Shown: positions 23,846 to 35,629 of the stretch, piece after piece
How the letters are laid out: every line of letters starts with the position of its first letter
Position numbering within the stretch: the first letter of the stretch is position 1
Origin: Camelus dromedarius
Taxonomy: Eukaryota
DNA length: 64,000 bases
NCBI RefSeq assembly: GCF_036321535.1
Contig: NC_087437.1
Span: 14,572,001-14,636,000 of the forward strand
Direction of reading: 5' to 3'
Position numbers and translations under genes: made by a program
Notes under the pieces: model-generated
The model's input: the letters and a program-made list of their open reading frames with translations, nothing else
Databases searched by the model: none
Told to the model about the DNA's origin: nothing

Positions 23846-25220
23846 AGAATTACAGATAACTGCAAAGAGCATTAGGCTTTTTCATTCTTTCAGATGATTT
23901 GTTTAGGGTAGGTTTCCAGGAGAGCTGCCTGTCCCGCTCCCCGCTTTGAGCTGACAGAGAGGTGGCAGTCCTACACAAACCCCTGTTGGGGAAGTCTGAA
24001 CTCTAGGGGAAAAGGGCACTTTCCTGTGAGGTTGTCAGTGCTTGGTTCATGGCCAGTATAATCCGGGAACAACACGGGGAGACTGAAGCTTGCAGCTAGT
24101 GAAGGTGGAGCCTCCCAGGCGACCAGGGGGCTACAAAGCCAGCCTTCAACAAGAGAAACAAAGTGTCTTTATTTCAGTGGGAGAAATAACAGGATAGCTC
24201 TTCAGTGGCAAATACATTAACCAACCAGTCAGTGAAACTAATCTTTCTCTTTGAGTCTGGAAGTTTTTACAACCTGTAAACACAAGTCAATTTGGCAGTC
24301 CAGCCTGAATCTCCAGAATTTCTGTATAGATGGTGATGAGGTTGGCAGTCTTTTTGGAATGGAGTGCTAAGGGCACCTGCCTTAAAGCTCCATTTGAATA
24401 ACAAGCACAATTTTTCCTTCTGCAGCACATTTGTTTAGAGGGTGTCTTGGAGCTCCTGGAAATTATGCCCCCTCTACCCTTGGTCCACCACTGGGTCTGT
24501 CAACTCACGCTTAAGAGTTTTGGATGACATTAGACCAAAACCATCAGAGACCTTTATGGATCCATAGGGCATTTCTTTGCTTTTTCTCCATTATGACACA
24601 GGCCCATTGTTCTTCTTTGCCTAGGATGATACTATAAATATCAAAACTGAAAATGATCTGCATTCCCCCAGGCCAGTGTATATCTTCATCCTGACGTGCA
24701 CACTCGAATCCTGACCACCCCAACGTTACCAGTCAGACATCTGTTCCCCGTTCTCCCCAATTATAAATGTAATTATCATATCTCATTAGCACGTTTTATT
24801 AAAATGGTATTCCCATCACATAGAAGTGATAAATCTGAACACCAGAGATAAGATCAGTGGAATGTTAGTGTGAGAAGGAAATAGGAATAGCCAATGTTTT
24901 GCCCTAAGTTTCTGGGAAATTGCAGTGAGCCAATGAGGCCTGAGTGAAGTGTGTTAATGGCATAGTTAGAATCGGTAGGTTACTTCACAGGTCTGTGACC
25001 TCTCTTGCTCCATAGCTCACTGTATCATTTCTCAAGCCTTTGAAAGTCTCAAAAAAAAGTGTTTGTTCAAAAGATGAAGAACGTTTTTTGGTGGGGTGGG
25101 GAGGGAGGAAGGGGAGGTTGATCCTGATCACAGTTTGAGAACATAGTATAATGGCCTGAGTAAATGCATCCTGAAGGAGAGTGATTAATGTCCAGGGGCT
25201 CTAGCGGCACACCTGACGGT

Positions 25221-25233
25221 GTTGCCTGGCAAC
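25221..25233. promoter_or_regulatory. Perfect RFX X-box-type palindrome GTTGCC-T-GGCAAC
   Basis: Exact inverted half-sites with a 1-nt spacer in non-repeat DNA. Motif only; binding unproven. Confidence 0.45.
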
Positions 25234-25355
25234 CCCAGCCGTTCCTGGAGGAACGGAGTCCCAGGCAAAGAGGGAAGTTGAAGATGCATTCAGAGAGCTA
25301 ATCTAATGCCCCTGCCCCTGTTTGCTGGCGATGAATACAGTTGGGTAAGGGAATC

Positions 25356-26044
25356 TGTTTAAAATGTACCCAGGACTTGTTTCAATCAGGTATGGTGAGA
25401 CACACATAGAAATTCTGTCATGAAGGAATGTTTCACAGATCCCTAGACACAGGAGGTATGGCATACCACACAAGGCCACACGGGGCAGCACCAGGGTCAA
25501 TCATTGGGATGGGGGGACAAGGGAAGCGTGGGCTAGAATCTTTATTGTGGCTTTTATGGGAAAGAGAGAGCGAGGCAGGGTAAGCAGGGTAGACAGGTTT
25601 AGGATTGGCTAGTTTAGATAAGTTTAGTGGGCTCTGGCTGATACCTGGCCCTGGGGTGATTAGGGCAGAGATACAGTGTCCCATACTTCAGGGACCTGCT
25701 ACTGGAGGGGAGAGGCAAGTATGGACTCAGGATTGGCTGGTCTGCATGTCAAAGGCAGACTCACAGGTAAATGTGCTGTCTAAAAATTAGATTACCCTAA
25801 GAGGGTCCGTCCTTCCTCAGGTCTGCACGGCTCCAGATGCCAGAGCTTAAGAATACAAAAAATAAGGGGGAGGGTATAGCTCAGTGTTAGAGTGTATGTC
25901 TTGCATGCACAAGGTCCTGGATTCAATCCCCAGTGCCTCTGTTTAAGAAAATAAACAAAAAACCTCAAATTTCCTCCCCCTATTAAAAAAAATTTTTTTA
26001 AAACATTAAGAAAATACAGAAAATAAGAAAATATAGTTGATACA
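25356..26044 (-). mobile_element. MER74-like ERVL solo LTR, interrupted by a SINE
   Basis: tgtttaaaatgtacccaggacttgtttcaatcaggtatggtgagacac..ctttattgtgg..tacctggccctggggtgattagggcag..ccagatgccagagc..gttgataca matches the remembered reverse MER74 at both ends. Confidence 0.85.
25866..26008 (+). mobile_element. tRNA-Ala-derived SINE (Vic-1-like) inside MER74
   Basis: gggggagggtatagctcagtgttagagtg..gcacaaggtcctggattcaatcccc; TSD approximately aatacaaaaaataag / aatacagaaaataag. Confidence 0.9.
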
Positions 26045-27335
26045 GACCTTGATACACACATAGGCAAAAGGTATACTGTCTGTTTTGTGATGTAAGTGGT
26101 GCCTGTTTTAGGGGCTGGCTTCCCAGAGCAAGAGAGGAACCTTAAAGAGCAACATTAGAAGGATCTCCTGTCCCCTGTCCCTTTGATGCCCAAGTACACG
26201 GTGAGCAAACCTACTTCAGTTCTAATGCCAAAAAGGTGCCTCAAGAAAAGCCATTTTTCTTTCGAGATGTGCACTTAGAACCTAAAGAACCTTAAAGCAT
26301 TTTATGCAGTACCTGCGTGTAGGCCATGAACTGCAGGCTTGGAAGGATAACTCCAAGGAGTGTAGGATTGAGATCGGGTCATTCTGATCATCTCAACGCA
26401 GAAAAATGGAGAATGCATTTTCCTCGGCTCACCTTACAGGTTTAACCAGGGTTCAGGCATGAACTGTGTCATTTCTATCATGCAGTGAGCATTGCTAAGA
26501 AGTGTTATCTGGGAGTACTATATTATGCCGTTGTTGAATTAGTTTCAGTAATGAAAATAAACATTTGCAGAGTGTTTTGTGTTTGTAAAATGGTTTACGA
26601 GCACCGGCTGGCTCCTTGTTAATAATTACTTTGGGGGATTCTTAACAATGCTTGTTTAGAAGATAGAAGTGATGATTCGGTTGGGATTAAGGGTAAAGAC
26701 AAGTAATAGAAAAGCATTTAGCAGAGGCATTTTCAGTTTCGTAGTCTCTACATGCCTGTGCTATCATCTTCACTGCATTTGGTTGCACATTTCTAATATT
26801 CAGTGCCCAGCACAAGTGCACACACAGTGGGTAAAACCATGTTTTAAGCTTTATCTTATCCACTCTAACTCATTGCCCGTTGGCACCTTGATTTGCACGT
26901 AACATAGGCGCAACCAGGAAGCACTCTGAGTGCACCCGAGCCTCCCCCACCCACTGTGGGGCAGGACACCTGGCCCCAGCCCTGTTTCTGCCTCTGTGTG
27001 ATGGAGGACCCTGAGAACTTCCCTCCGTCTCTAAGCCTCAGTGTTCTCAGCTGCAAAGCGGCTGAGAAAAGGACGTACACAGGGCACAGGGGATGTGTAA
27101 GGTCCTGGTTCTTACATCCATTGAATCCATAACCTTGCCACTTGCATTGTTTGATGCTCAGGTGTGTGATTTCAGGCGTCTCTTGCTCATTATCTCACTA
27201 AAACCGAAAGTGACACATCAGTGGGACCACAAAAGCACATACGCATGTACACACACACTACTTACATACCGGAATTTACACTCTTGGTGGGCTGAAGACA
27301 TATTCCAAAGCCACCCATTAAAAAAGTAAACTTTC

Positions 27336-29500
27336 GGTGGGGGAGAGAGGCCAAGATGGCAGAGTAGAAAGACCCTGAGCTCACCTCCTCTCATGAGCAC
27401 ACCAAAATCACAACTATCTTCAGAACAGCCATCGATGATATAAAGGCTGGAACCCACCAGAAAAGATCTTCTACAACTAAAAACAGAAAGAAAGAACTAC
27501 AACAAGATAGGTGCAGGGGTGGACTCACATTATAATCAAATCCCATACCCCACCGGGTGGGTGACCCACAGACTGGAGAGAATATTATATTGCAGAATAT
27601 TATATTGCAGGAGTGAGATTCTGAGCCCCACGTCAGGCTCCCCAGCCTGGGGTCTGGCACTGGAAAGATGAGCTGCCAGAGGGAGCATTTGGCTCTGAAA
27701 GCCAGCGGGGCTTAATTGCAGAAGCCCCACGAGAATGGCGGAAGTAGAGCATTTCACTCCTAAAGGGTGCACACAAAGTCTCACACACACTGAGACCCAG
27801 GGCAAAGGCGGTAATTTGATGGGCGCCTGGACCAGACCTGCCTGCTGCGCACTCTGCAGCTCACTCTGGAGACACAGACGCTGGTGGTGGAGATTCAGCC
27901 ATGTGAACGCTCCTGGCGGCTGACATCTTGGCCCATTAACACCAAGACCTGGCCCCACCCAACAGCCTGTAGGCTCCAGTGCTGGGACGCCTCAGGTCAG
28001 ACAACTAGCTTGGTGGGGACACAGCCCCACCCATCAGCAGACAGGCTGCCTAAAGATTTCCTGAGCCCACAGCTGCCTCTTGACATGTCCCTAGACAAGG
28101 CCCTGCTCACCAGAGGGCCAAGACACAACTCTACCCACCAGTGGGCAGGCACTGGCCCTGCCCACCAGGAAGCCTGCACAAGCCTCTAGACCAGCCTCAC
28201 CCATTACGGGCAGACACCAGAAGTAAGAACGCTACAATTCCACAGCCTATGGAACAAGTCTGCCAGCACAGGCCAGACTCTACCCCAGGACCAGCTGGGC
28301 CCTGGCCTAGCCCACTAGCAGGCCAGTGCACCCTTCAGGACACCCAGGACCCCATATCCAACTGTGCCAGGAACCAGTCCCCCTGCCACCAACAATCTAA
28401 AATGAGCTCCAGGGTCCCTGGGCCCTGCAGCAGACTCAAGGAACCAACTCCACCTGCCAGTAGTCAGGCATTAACCCCAGAATCTGGATTCACCGGCTTC
28501 ACTAGTCACCTGGTTGCTGGGTGGGCAGCAAACCCAGAGTCTTCAGGGCCCTGACTCTGCCCACCAGTGAGCCAGCACTAGCCCCAGGGCCCACTAGGGT
28601 TCTACAACCAGCCACCTTGTGACCAAGCCCCACTAAACAGCAGCCAGCAGCATCCACACAAGGCAGGGCCTAGCAACCAACCAGACTAAGGGCCAACCAA
28701 GCCCACCAGACTGCCCATAGTCAGCCCGCCACAACAGAAGGACCTACACAGCCCTTGTAGGGGAAACCCTAGAGCATATAAATTGGGTGACAATAAGGGA
28801 GTGCACTACTGGAACACATAGGACATCCTCTACAGAGGGCCACCTCTCCAAGGTTGAGAAACATAACTAACATACCACATAAAAATACAAATAGAAATTT
28901 AGACAAAATGAGGCAGCAGAGGAATATGTTCCAGATGAAGGAACAAGATAAAATCCCAGAAGAACTAAGTGAAGTGGAAATAGGCAATCTATCCAAGAAA
29001 GATTTCAGAGTAATGCTCATAAAGATAATCAAAGAACTCAGGAGGAGAAAGGATGCAGAGTGAGAAGTTTTAACAAAGAGTTAGAAAATATAAAGAACAA
29101 CCAAACAGAGTTGAAGAATACAATACCTGAAGCGGGAAATACACTAGAAGGAATCGTTAGAATAAATGAGACAGAAGAATGGATCAGTGAGCTGGAAGAC
29201 AGAGTAGTGGAAATTACTACCACAGAACAGAAAAAAGAAAAAAAGAATGAAAAGAAATGAAGACAGTTTAAGAGAACTTTGGGACAATATCAAGCATCTA
29301 ACATTCACATTATAGGGGTCCTAGAAGGAGAAGAGAGAGAGAAAGGGCCTGAGAAAATATTTAAAAAGATAATAGCTGAAAACTAACCTAGCCTGGAAAA
29401 GGAAACAGTCACCCAAGTTCAGGAAGCACAGAGAGTACCATATAGGATAAACCCAAAGAGAAACACACCAAGACACATGGTAATCAAATTGACAAAAATA
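27336..29500 (+). mobile_element. L1 5' portion: intact 5' end, about 1.57 kb 5' UTR and disrupted partial ORF1; remainder missing
   Basis: G-run then caagatggc (YY1-type L1 start motif, 27352-27360), directly after a TT/AAAA endonuclease-type site; GC-rich UTR; ORF1 homology from 28908. Confidence 0.92.
28908..29500 (+). pseudogene. L1 ORF1p remnant (coiled coil and RRM start), frameshifted and truncated
   Basis: MRQQRNMFQMKEQDK..DFRVMLIKIIKEL; ELENIKNNQTELKNTI..EEWISELEDR; later NIHIIGVLEGEEREKG and QEAQRVPYRINPKRNTPRHMVIKL in shifting frames with stops. Confidence 0.9.
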
Positions 29501-29993
29501 TTACAGTTTTAACTCTTAAATTTATATGCCATGTTCAGTTAATTTTTTTGTGTAATGTGAGATAAAGATCTAAGTTCATTGTTTTTGCATGAGGCTATCC
29601 AGTTGTCTCGGCATCATTTGTTGAAAATACTCTTTGCCCCAACCCTGTTGAATTGTCCTGACATCTTTACCAAAAATCAATTAACCATAAATAAAAAGAC
29701 TTATTTCTAAACTCTAACTTATGTTGCATTGATTTATATTCCTGTCCACGTGCCAGTACCACATTGTCTTAATTACTGTGACTTTATAGTAAGTTTTGAA
29801 ATCAGGTGGTGTTAGTCCTCTAACATTGTTCTTTTTTCCAGATTGTTTTGGCTATTTTAAGTCCTTTGCATTTCCATATAAATATTAGTATGAGTTTGTT
29901 AATTTCTACTAAAATCCTACTAAGATTTTGATAGGATTTACATGAAATGTACAGATGAGTTTTGGGAGAATTGACATCTTGACATAATTGAGT
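29501..29993 (-). mobile_element. Older L1M ORF2 fragment
   Basis: tatccagttgtctcggcatcatttgttgaaaa..gccagtaccacattgtcttaattactgtgactttatagtaagttttgaaatcagg..tttgggagaattgacatcttgaca. Confidence 0.85.
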
Positions 29994-30004
29994 AGCTTTA
30001 AAAC

Positions 30005-30955
30005 AGCTTTTTATTTGTAAGTAAATTCAAACGTCAAGAAAATTTTGTGCAGGGGGAAGGTGTAGCTCAAGTGGTAGAGTGCATGCTTAGCATGCATGAC
30101 GTCCTGGGTTCAATCCCTTGTGCCGTCTCTAAGAATGAATGAATGAATGAACAAATAAATAAACAAACAAACAAACAAACCTAATTACCTCCCCCACTAA
30201 AAATAAAAAACGTTAAAGAGAAAGAAAATTTTGTAAGGATAGTACAAAGAAAACACATATACCCGTTATTCAGATTCACTAAATGTTGACAGTTTGCCCA
30301 TTTGCTTTATTATTCTCTCTCTGAATCTATATATGTAATTATCTGCAAACCATTTGAGGATAAGTTGCATGTATCATGCCCTTTACCCCTAAGGACTTCA
30401 GTGTGCATTTCCTAAGGACGACATTCTCTTACATAACCACAGTACAGTTACCAGCTTCCCTAGATACACTTTCCTCTGACCATCAATTACCTATATTCCA
30501 ATTTCGCCCATTGGAACGTGCTTCATAGCATGTTTTCCTCCTGAACAGGATCCAGTCTAGAAGCACATGATTCATTTGTAGTTGTCACATCTCCTTAATC
30601 TGGAACACTTCCTCAGCCTTTCTTTGCCTTTTGTATTATAAAATTGGAAGTTTTGAAAATACACTTTCAAAAAACATTAGACAATACATACATATTCATA
30701 GTTTTGAATATAATTTTTAACATTATTTTAAAGTACGCCTTAAAGTAGATGTGCTTCACTTTTTCTTTGTCTGAAGCTTCCTCCTGATTCCCTTCACGCT
30801 GTGCTTTTCAAGTAGGAATACCACTTAGGTGATGGTGTGGCCTTCTACAGGGTCCAGCTGCTCCTCACTGATACTAATTTTCATCAGCTAATCAAGGTGG
30901 TGTCCAGTTTCTCCACTATTTAACTACCATTTTCCCCTTACATTTAGTAAGTCCT
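30005..30955 (-). mobile_element. Old L1MC-type 3' UTR, interrupted by a SINE
   Basis: aaccatttgaggataagttgca..catgccctttacccctaaggacttcagtgtgcatttcctaag..acattctcttacataaccacagtacagtta..caggatccagtctag. Confidence 0.75.
30049..30221 (+). mobile_element. tRNA-Ala-derived SINE (Vic-1-like) with perfect 13-bp TSD
   Basis: TSD aagaaaattttgt at 30036-30048 and 30222-30234; tail contains (gaat)n and (aaac)n microsatellites and the acctaattacc module. Confidence 0.95.
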
Positions 30956-32059
30956 CTGATTTCTTTTTGGACCAGCATTTTGGATTTTTCTCTAGTGGGG
31001 AAAAAAGGTGCTCCTCTCCTGGCAGTGCTACAAGTAATTGCTACCCCCTGTGAAGAGAGCATTAATAATGGCATTAAAGCCCGAAGACCTTTTTAATGTG
31101 TATTTAAGGCTTTTCACTAATGCATGGATGATTAGAATTAGAGAAAGCTGCTACCAAATGGATGACAGTTTTCTTATCCACTGTAATCTAATACAAGATT
31201 AACTCCTTTCCGCTGTTCTATTAATATCTCCAGGCAAAAACTTCCCTGATTTGATCCCTGCCATGCCTGTTCATGAATAAATGGATGGAGCTGTGTTCCT
31301 GTAGGGATTTTTAAGGGTCTTTTTTTTTTTTCCTATTCCATCAACTCAAGCTAAACGAACAGCTCAAAAGAAAAGAAATGGCTCAGAATTTATTGGAAAG
31401 CATAATACTTGGAGAAAAAAACATTTTTTAATAGCTTGGGAAAATAAAAACCTGTGCCACCTCTTCATCGTTATCTCTGCATCCAGTTACTAGGAGAGGA
31501 TGACAGCTTTGTTATTAAATTATGTCGATGCTAATTGAAGGCATAGCCAAATAGGAGGCTCAGTTGCCTTCAAAAGCACTTTCAGATTATTAGCTGTGAT
31601 TTCAGTGATGGAACTCATTTTCTAGACTCATTTCCAATGCTCAAACTGAAGCACGTTCTCCTAGGAACATGCTTGCTTTTGTTGTACAGGTAGTCTTCAC
31701 AGAGAACCTTCATAATCCAAGTCACTTTTGCATCTGAAGATCTAAGCACAGAAGAGCTGTAACCAGCACACTAAAGCCATTTCTCTACCTGCTCACACAG
31801 AGGTCAAGGGCCAGTGTTTTGTAGCATGGAATCCATCTGGTGATTAGTGGATGGATTAGACATTGCCTAAAAGTCTGTGGAGCCAGGACAGGTAGCATCA
31901 ACTTAGGATCTGAAATGGCTCAGCCCAACCCCAAAGCTTATTACTGCTGATATATCTCTCGGAGAGAAATAACAGTGACAATGACCATCTAATTTGCTTA
32001 GCCCTTTGCCCTTTCAAAGCACTATTGGAAATATCCCCTTTGAGGATATTTACACAAAT

Positions 32060-32235
32060 GCCTTGGTGTAAATCTTGGCATCACCATCTCCTGACGGTAT
32101 AATCTTAAACTTATCTAACCTTGCTGTGTCTCAGTTTCCTTACGTGCAATGTGGAGATAACAGTGATTCCCTGCTCATACGTGGTCATGGGAACAAAGTG
32201 AGATAGTATGGATCAAGTGATGTGGGCAGGAGCAA
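32060..32235 (+). mobile_element. MIR SINE
   Basis: ttatctaaccttgctgtgtctcagtttccttacgtgcaatgtggagataacagt. Confidence 0.7.
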
Positions 32236-34419
32236 TACAACCAGCCCCCTCCCCCGACCGCAGCCCCTCCCGGAACCCAGCAACCCCAGCAGGAAATCTC
32301 CCTGATGTGCTGGCTCTACCAAGTCCAGCAGTCACAGTGGCCATAGCAAATGTAGAGAGTTAAGCCTCCCTCAGAAGTAAAGATCAAGGAAATATCTGAG
32401 AGGATTTTGTAACTTCAGATCTTTAGGGAATGAAAATTAAATCTGACTCAACTTTGACAGTGGACACCACAGAAGCACTTGTTTGCAAAATCACTTTCAT
32501 TTTTGCATTACGCATTAACATGGAAAGAAAAAAGCAGAATGCATAATTAAGTGAGCACGTGTCATCCGGTTATGAAGAGAGATAAAAAGCGTACACACAT
32601 ACTCTGCAGCTTTAGCAAGCACCTGCTCGGAGAGCAGCCCACCCTACTACGGAGATCCAGGGACAGCTTAAAGCCCTGCAGCTCACACTGATGACAAAAC
32701 TGTCCCGAAACTCACACGGATGACAGAAAGAGAGGAGGGGCTGATAAGAAGACAAACACTGCTTCCAGTAATCAGCTGTCCTGGAGGCCCTGTCCCATTA
32801 GTAATTCCATTAATCATGTGAAATGGAAAGAATAAAAGTAAATGCATATTTGGGAGAGAGGAGAAAAGGACTTAAAAAATAGAAAAGAACTATACTTCTC
32901 ATATTCTTCCCCAAAAAAAAAGAAGAAGAAGAAGAAGACTGGAAGAAATGTACCAAAGGGTTGAATGATTCCTTTTGCAACTTGACATTGTGGGGATTCA
33001 GGTTGGTACTGCTTCTTTCTATAGGTATCCTCCGAATTATGACTGTATTTTACAGTGGAAACTGAAGAAAGCAATCTCTTTAGATCTCTTTAAAAGAAAA
33101 TCAGTCTCCACTGGGCCCCTTTGTAAAGGTATAGACTGCAGAACCTGCGTCTCTGGCATCATCACTAAGGGAGCTGTGTGGTCCTAGGTTTCCATCCTGT
33201 TGAAGACTGCTGCGCCCTGAACCGCGTTATGCCTGCTAACTTAATTCGAGAGGTCTGAAGCTTAGACGCTGAGGACTTGTCATTATGAGGAGAGGTCGGG
33301 AGTATTACAATATGAGTGAATATCTTTTCTTTTTGGATAAAGAGATGTAGCCAAATCCTGTCTCTTACCGGTATCTCTGGAATGATTTGAAAATGAGCCG
33401 AAGTGTCAGATTCCTCCTCTTGTCCAAACAGGGCCCAGCTGGCACGTCCCCAGGGACCCGAGTCAGAAGTAAGGTGGGTATGTTTGGCCCTCCATTTTAC
33501 AGTATGCAAGGCCAGGGGGCAAGCTGAAAAACAGGGTTTGGGGGAAGGGCCGAATCAAAGAGGCAGAAGGCTGTCCAAGTGAGTGGTTATAGACAGAGCG
33601 CGAAAAGCTGGACACGGAACCAGAGGACAGCCCAGGGCGCCGAGGCCCCCAGGGATCAAGTTGAGGAGGGGAGAAGGTTCTGTGTGGGAAGGGGACCCAC
33701 AGCAGCCTCTCTCACCATAGGCTGGGAGAGCAGCGCCACTGAAAATGCCAGTGTGGCCCGGATGGGATGGCTTGTAAACTCTTTGGAGCTTGTCAAAGTG
33801 AGGATGGATTCAAAGATGAACTGCAACTGTGTAACTCTGAGTGACTGAAAAGCATTCCAGGCTAGTGAGCTGACAAACATTCTCTGTGTTTCCATAGCTG
33901 TATTATTGTCCATCTAAATCTGATGACAGGGAAATTGAAAGGGATTTGTATTTCAAAGAATACATGCATTGCTGTTACCGTAGTACTATGATGCCTTAAA
34001 GAAAGATGCATGCCACTCCCTTGACACTAGATGCTTGATGGGCTCTTGGTAAAAATGCCAAACTTTTACCACCTTCACTAAGGAAGCAATAAACATTATC
34101 TCAAAGGGAGGAAAAATAAGATTTTGGCCAAATCTTGAAGATCTTGGCAGGTATCAATAATATGATTTTCATAAGAAACAAGATTCTCCAAGTTGTGGGT
34201 AAATGGATTTACAAATTGCCCAGATGGCTTAGTGAGTAAGAGATTGGAAACAGAACATAAATTATAGGCAGAAACATAAACACCAAACCAAATTTGGAGA
34301 AAAAGCAGAATAGAAACCTGAAGAACATTAACAAATAGTAATTGCTTGTAACTTTCATGTTGTCTTGGCTAGAGATATTTGGTGTGGATGCTCCCAAATA
34401 GCAACTGAAAAGGCTTTTT

Positions 34420-34720
34420 TCAACATAGCTCAATCCAGCAGATGTGAATTGAGTGACACCATTCTAGGAGTTGGGGACACAGAAGCAACCAAACAGTCCA
34501 AGTCCCTGCCCTGACGAAGCTAACATTCTAGTAGGGAAAGACTAAGAAACAGGAATAAATAAGCAAAATACACAGTGTGTTAAACGGGGATACATGCAAT
34601 GAAGAAATCTAAAGCCAAAAAGGTGAGTAGATGTGTTGAAGGATGGTGCTTCTGCTTGGAAAGGGGAGAAATGTGCCAGAGGCCCTAATTCGGGGATAGA
34701 AATGGTTTCCAGGCAGAAGG
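34420..34720 (-). mobile_element. L2 LINE 3' fragment
   Basis: attctaggagttggggacacagaagcaaccaaacag..gtccctgccctgacgaagctaacattctagtaggg. Confidence 0.7.
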
Positions 34721-35120
34721 CAGGAGGCTCCAGCCACACACCTCACTCTCTGGATTGCCATTTCCCCATTGATCAGTTGGAGACTTAGACTGTGATTTTT
34801 GTGATCTTTTTCATAAGCAAGCTCTCACAGCTCTGGGCGATGGTGGTACTCTGATATACGACACAAGGGAAATGAAGAAACAGATTGAATTTCAAACTTG
34901 CAGAGTGATTCACCAAGTAGTGTTTTTCGTGCCAGGGAAGCAAAGCCCTAGGTGGCGCAGAGGGAGGCTTCTGCCTCAGGTGAGCGCTCCCAGAAGTCAC
35001 CTCCCACTCCCGTGCTGGCGGGTGGGAAGGAGAAATGGGGATAAATGTTTTACATCTTGAGGATATTACGTATTTGTCCAGTTGCCTCTTCAACCTCTTT
35101 TTCTTAAACACTCACCACTT

Positions 35121-35250
35121 GGGGGAGGGGTGGGGTTTATAGCTCAGTGGTAGAGTGCATGCCTAGCATGCATGAGGTCCTGGGTTCAATCCCCAGTACC
35201 TCCATTAAAAATAAGAAAATAAATCTAATTACTCTGCCCCCCACCAAAAA
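35121..35250 (+). mobile_element. tRNA-Ala-derived SINE (Vic-1-like)
   Basis: tatagctcagtggtagagtgcatgcctagcatgcatgaggtcctgggttcaatccccagtacctcca; TSD approximately aaacactcaccac / aaaaattcaccac. Confidence 0.92.
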
Positions 35251-35282
35251 ATTCACCACCTATTAGGGCCTGTCATTCTTCA

Positions 35283-35410
35283 ACCCCATTTTGTAAGTTA
35301 GAAAAATGGAAAATAAAGATTAAGAACTTGCTTAAATTTATAGTTAGTTGCAGTTTGAGGATTTAAATTCAGATCTCTCTGATCCAGAATCTCTAATCTT
35401 TCACTACACC
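35283..35410 (-). mobile_element. MIR SINE fragment
   Basis: ccccattttgtaagttagaaaaatgga..ttaagaacttgcttaa..ggatttaaattcagatctctctgatcc. Confidence 0.55.
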
Positions 35411-35459
35411 TGGCCACGTTCTTGTAAGTGCCTCATTCTTTACCCTAAAAATCAGGGTA

Positions 35460-35617
35460 GGGGGAGGGTATAGCTCAGTGGTAGGGTATATGCTAGGGCA
35501 TGCACAAGGTCCTGGGTTCGATCCCCAGTATTTCCAATAAAAATAAATAAATGAATAAACCTAATTACTCCCCACCAACAAAAATAAATAAATAAAAAGA
35601 CAAATTAAAAAATAAAT
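35460..35617 (+). mobile_element. tRNA-Ala-derived SINE (Vic-1-like)
   Basis: gggggagggtatagctcagtggtag..gcacaaggtcctgggttcgatcccc with aaacctaattac tail; no clear TSD. Confidence 0.92.
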
Positions 35618-35629
35618 ATTTCCCAGATG

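Noticed and set aside
27536..28554. Longest ORFs (140 aa minus, 137 aa plus) as new proteins or an ORF0 analogue
   Set aside because: They lie in the GC-rich L1 5' UTR where stops are rare, and the element is decayed. There is no evidence of constraint without a family alignment.
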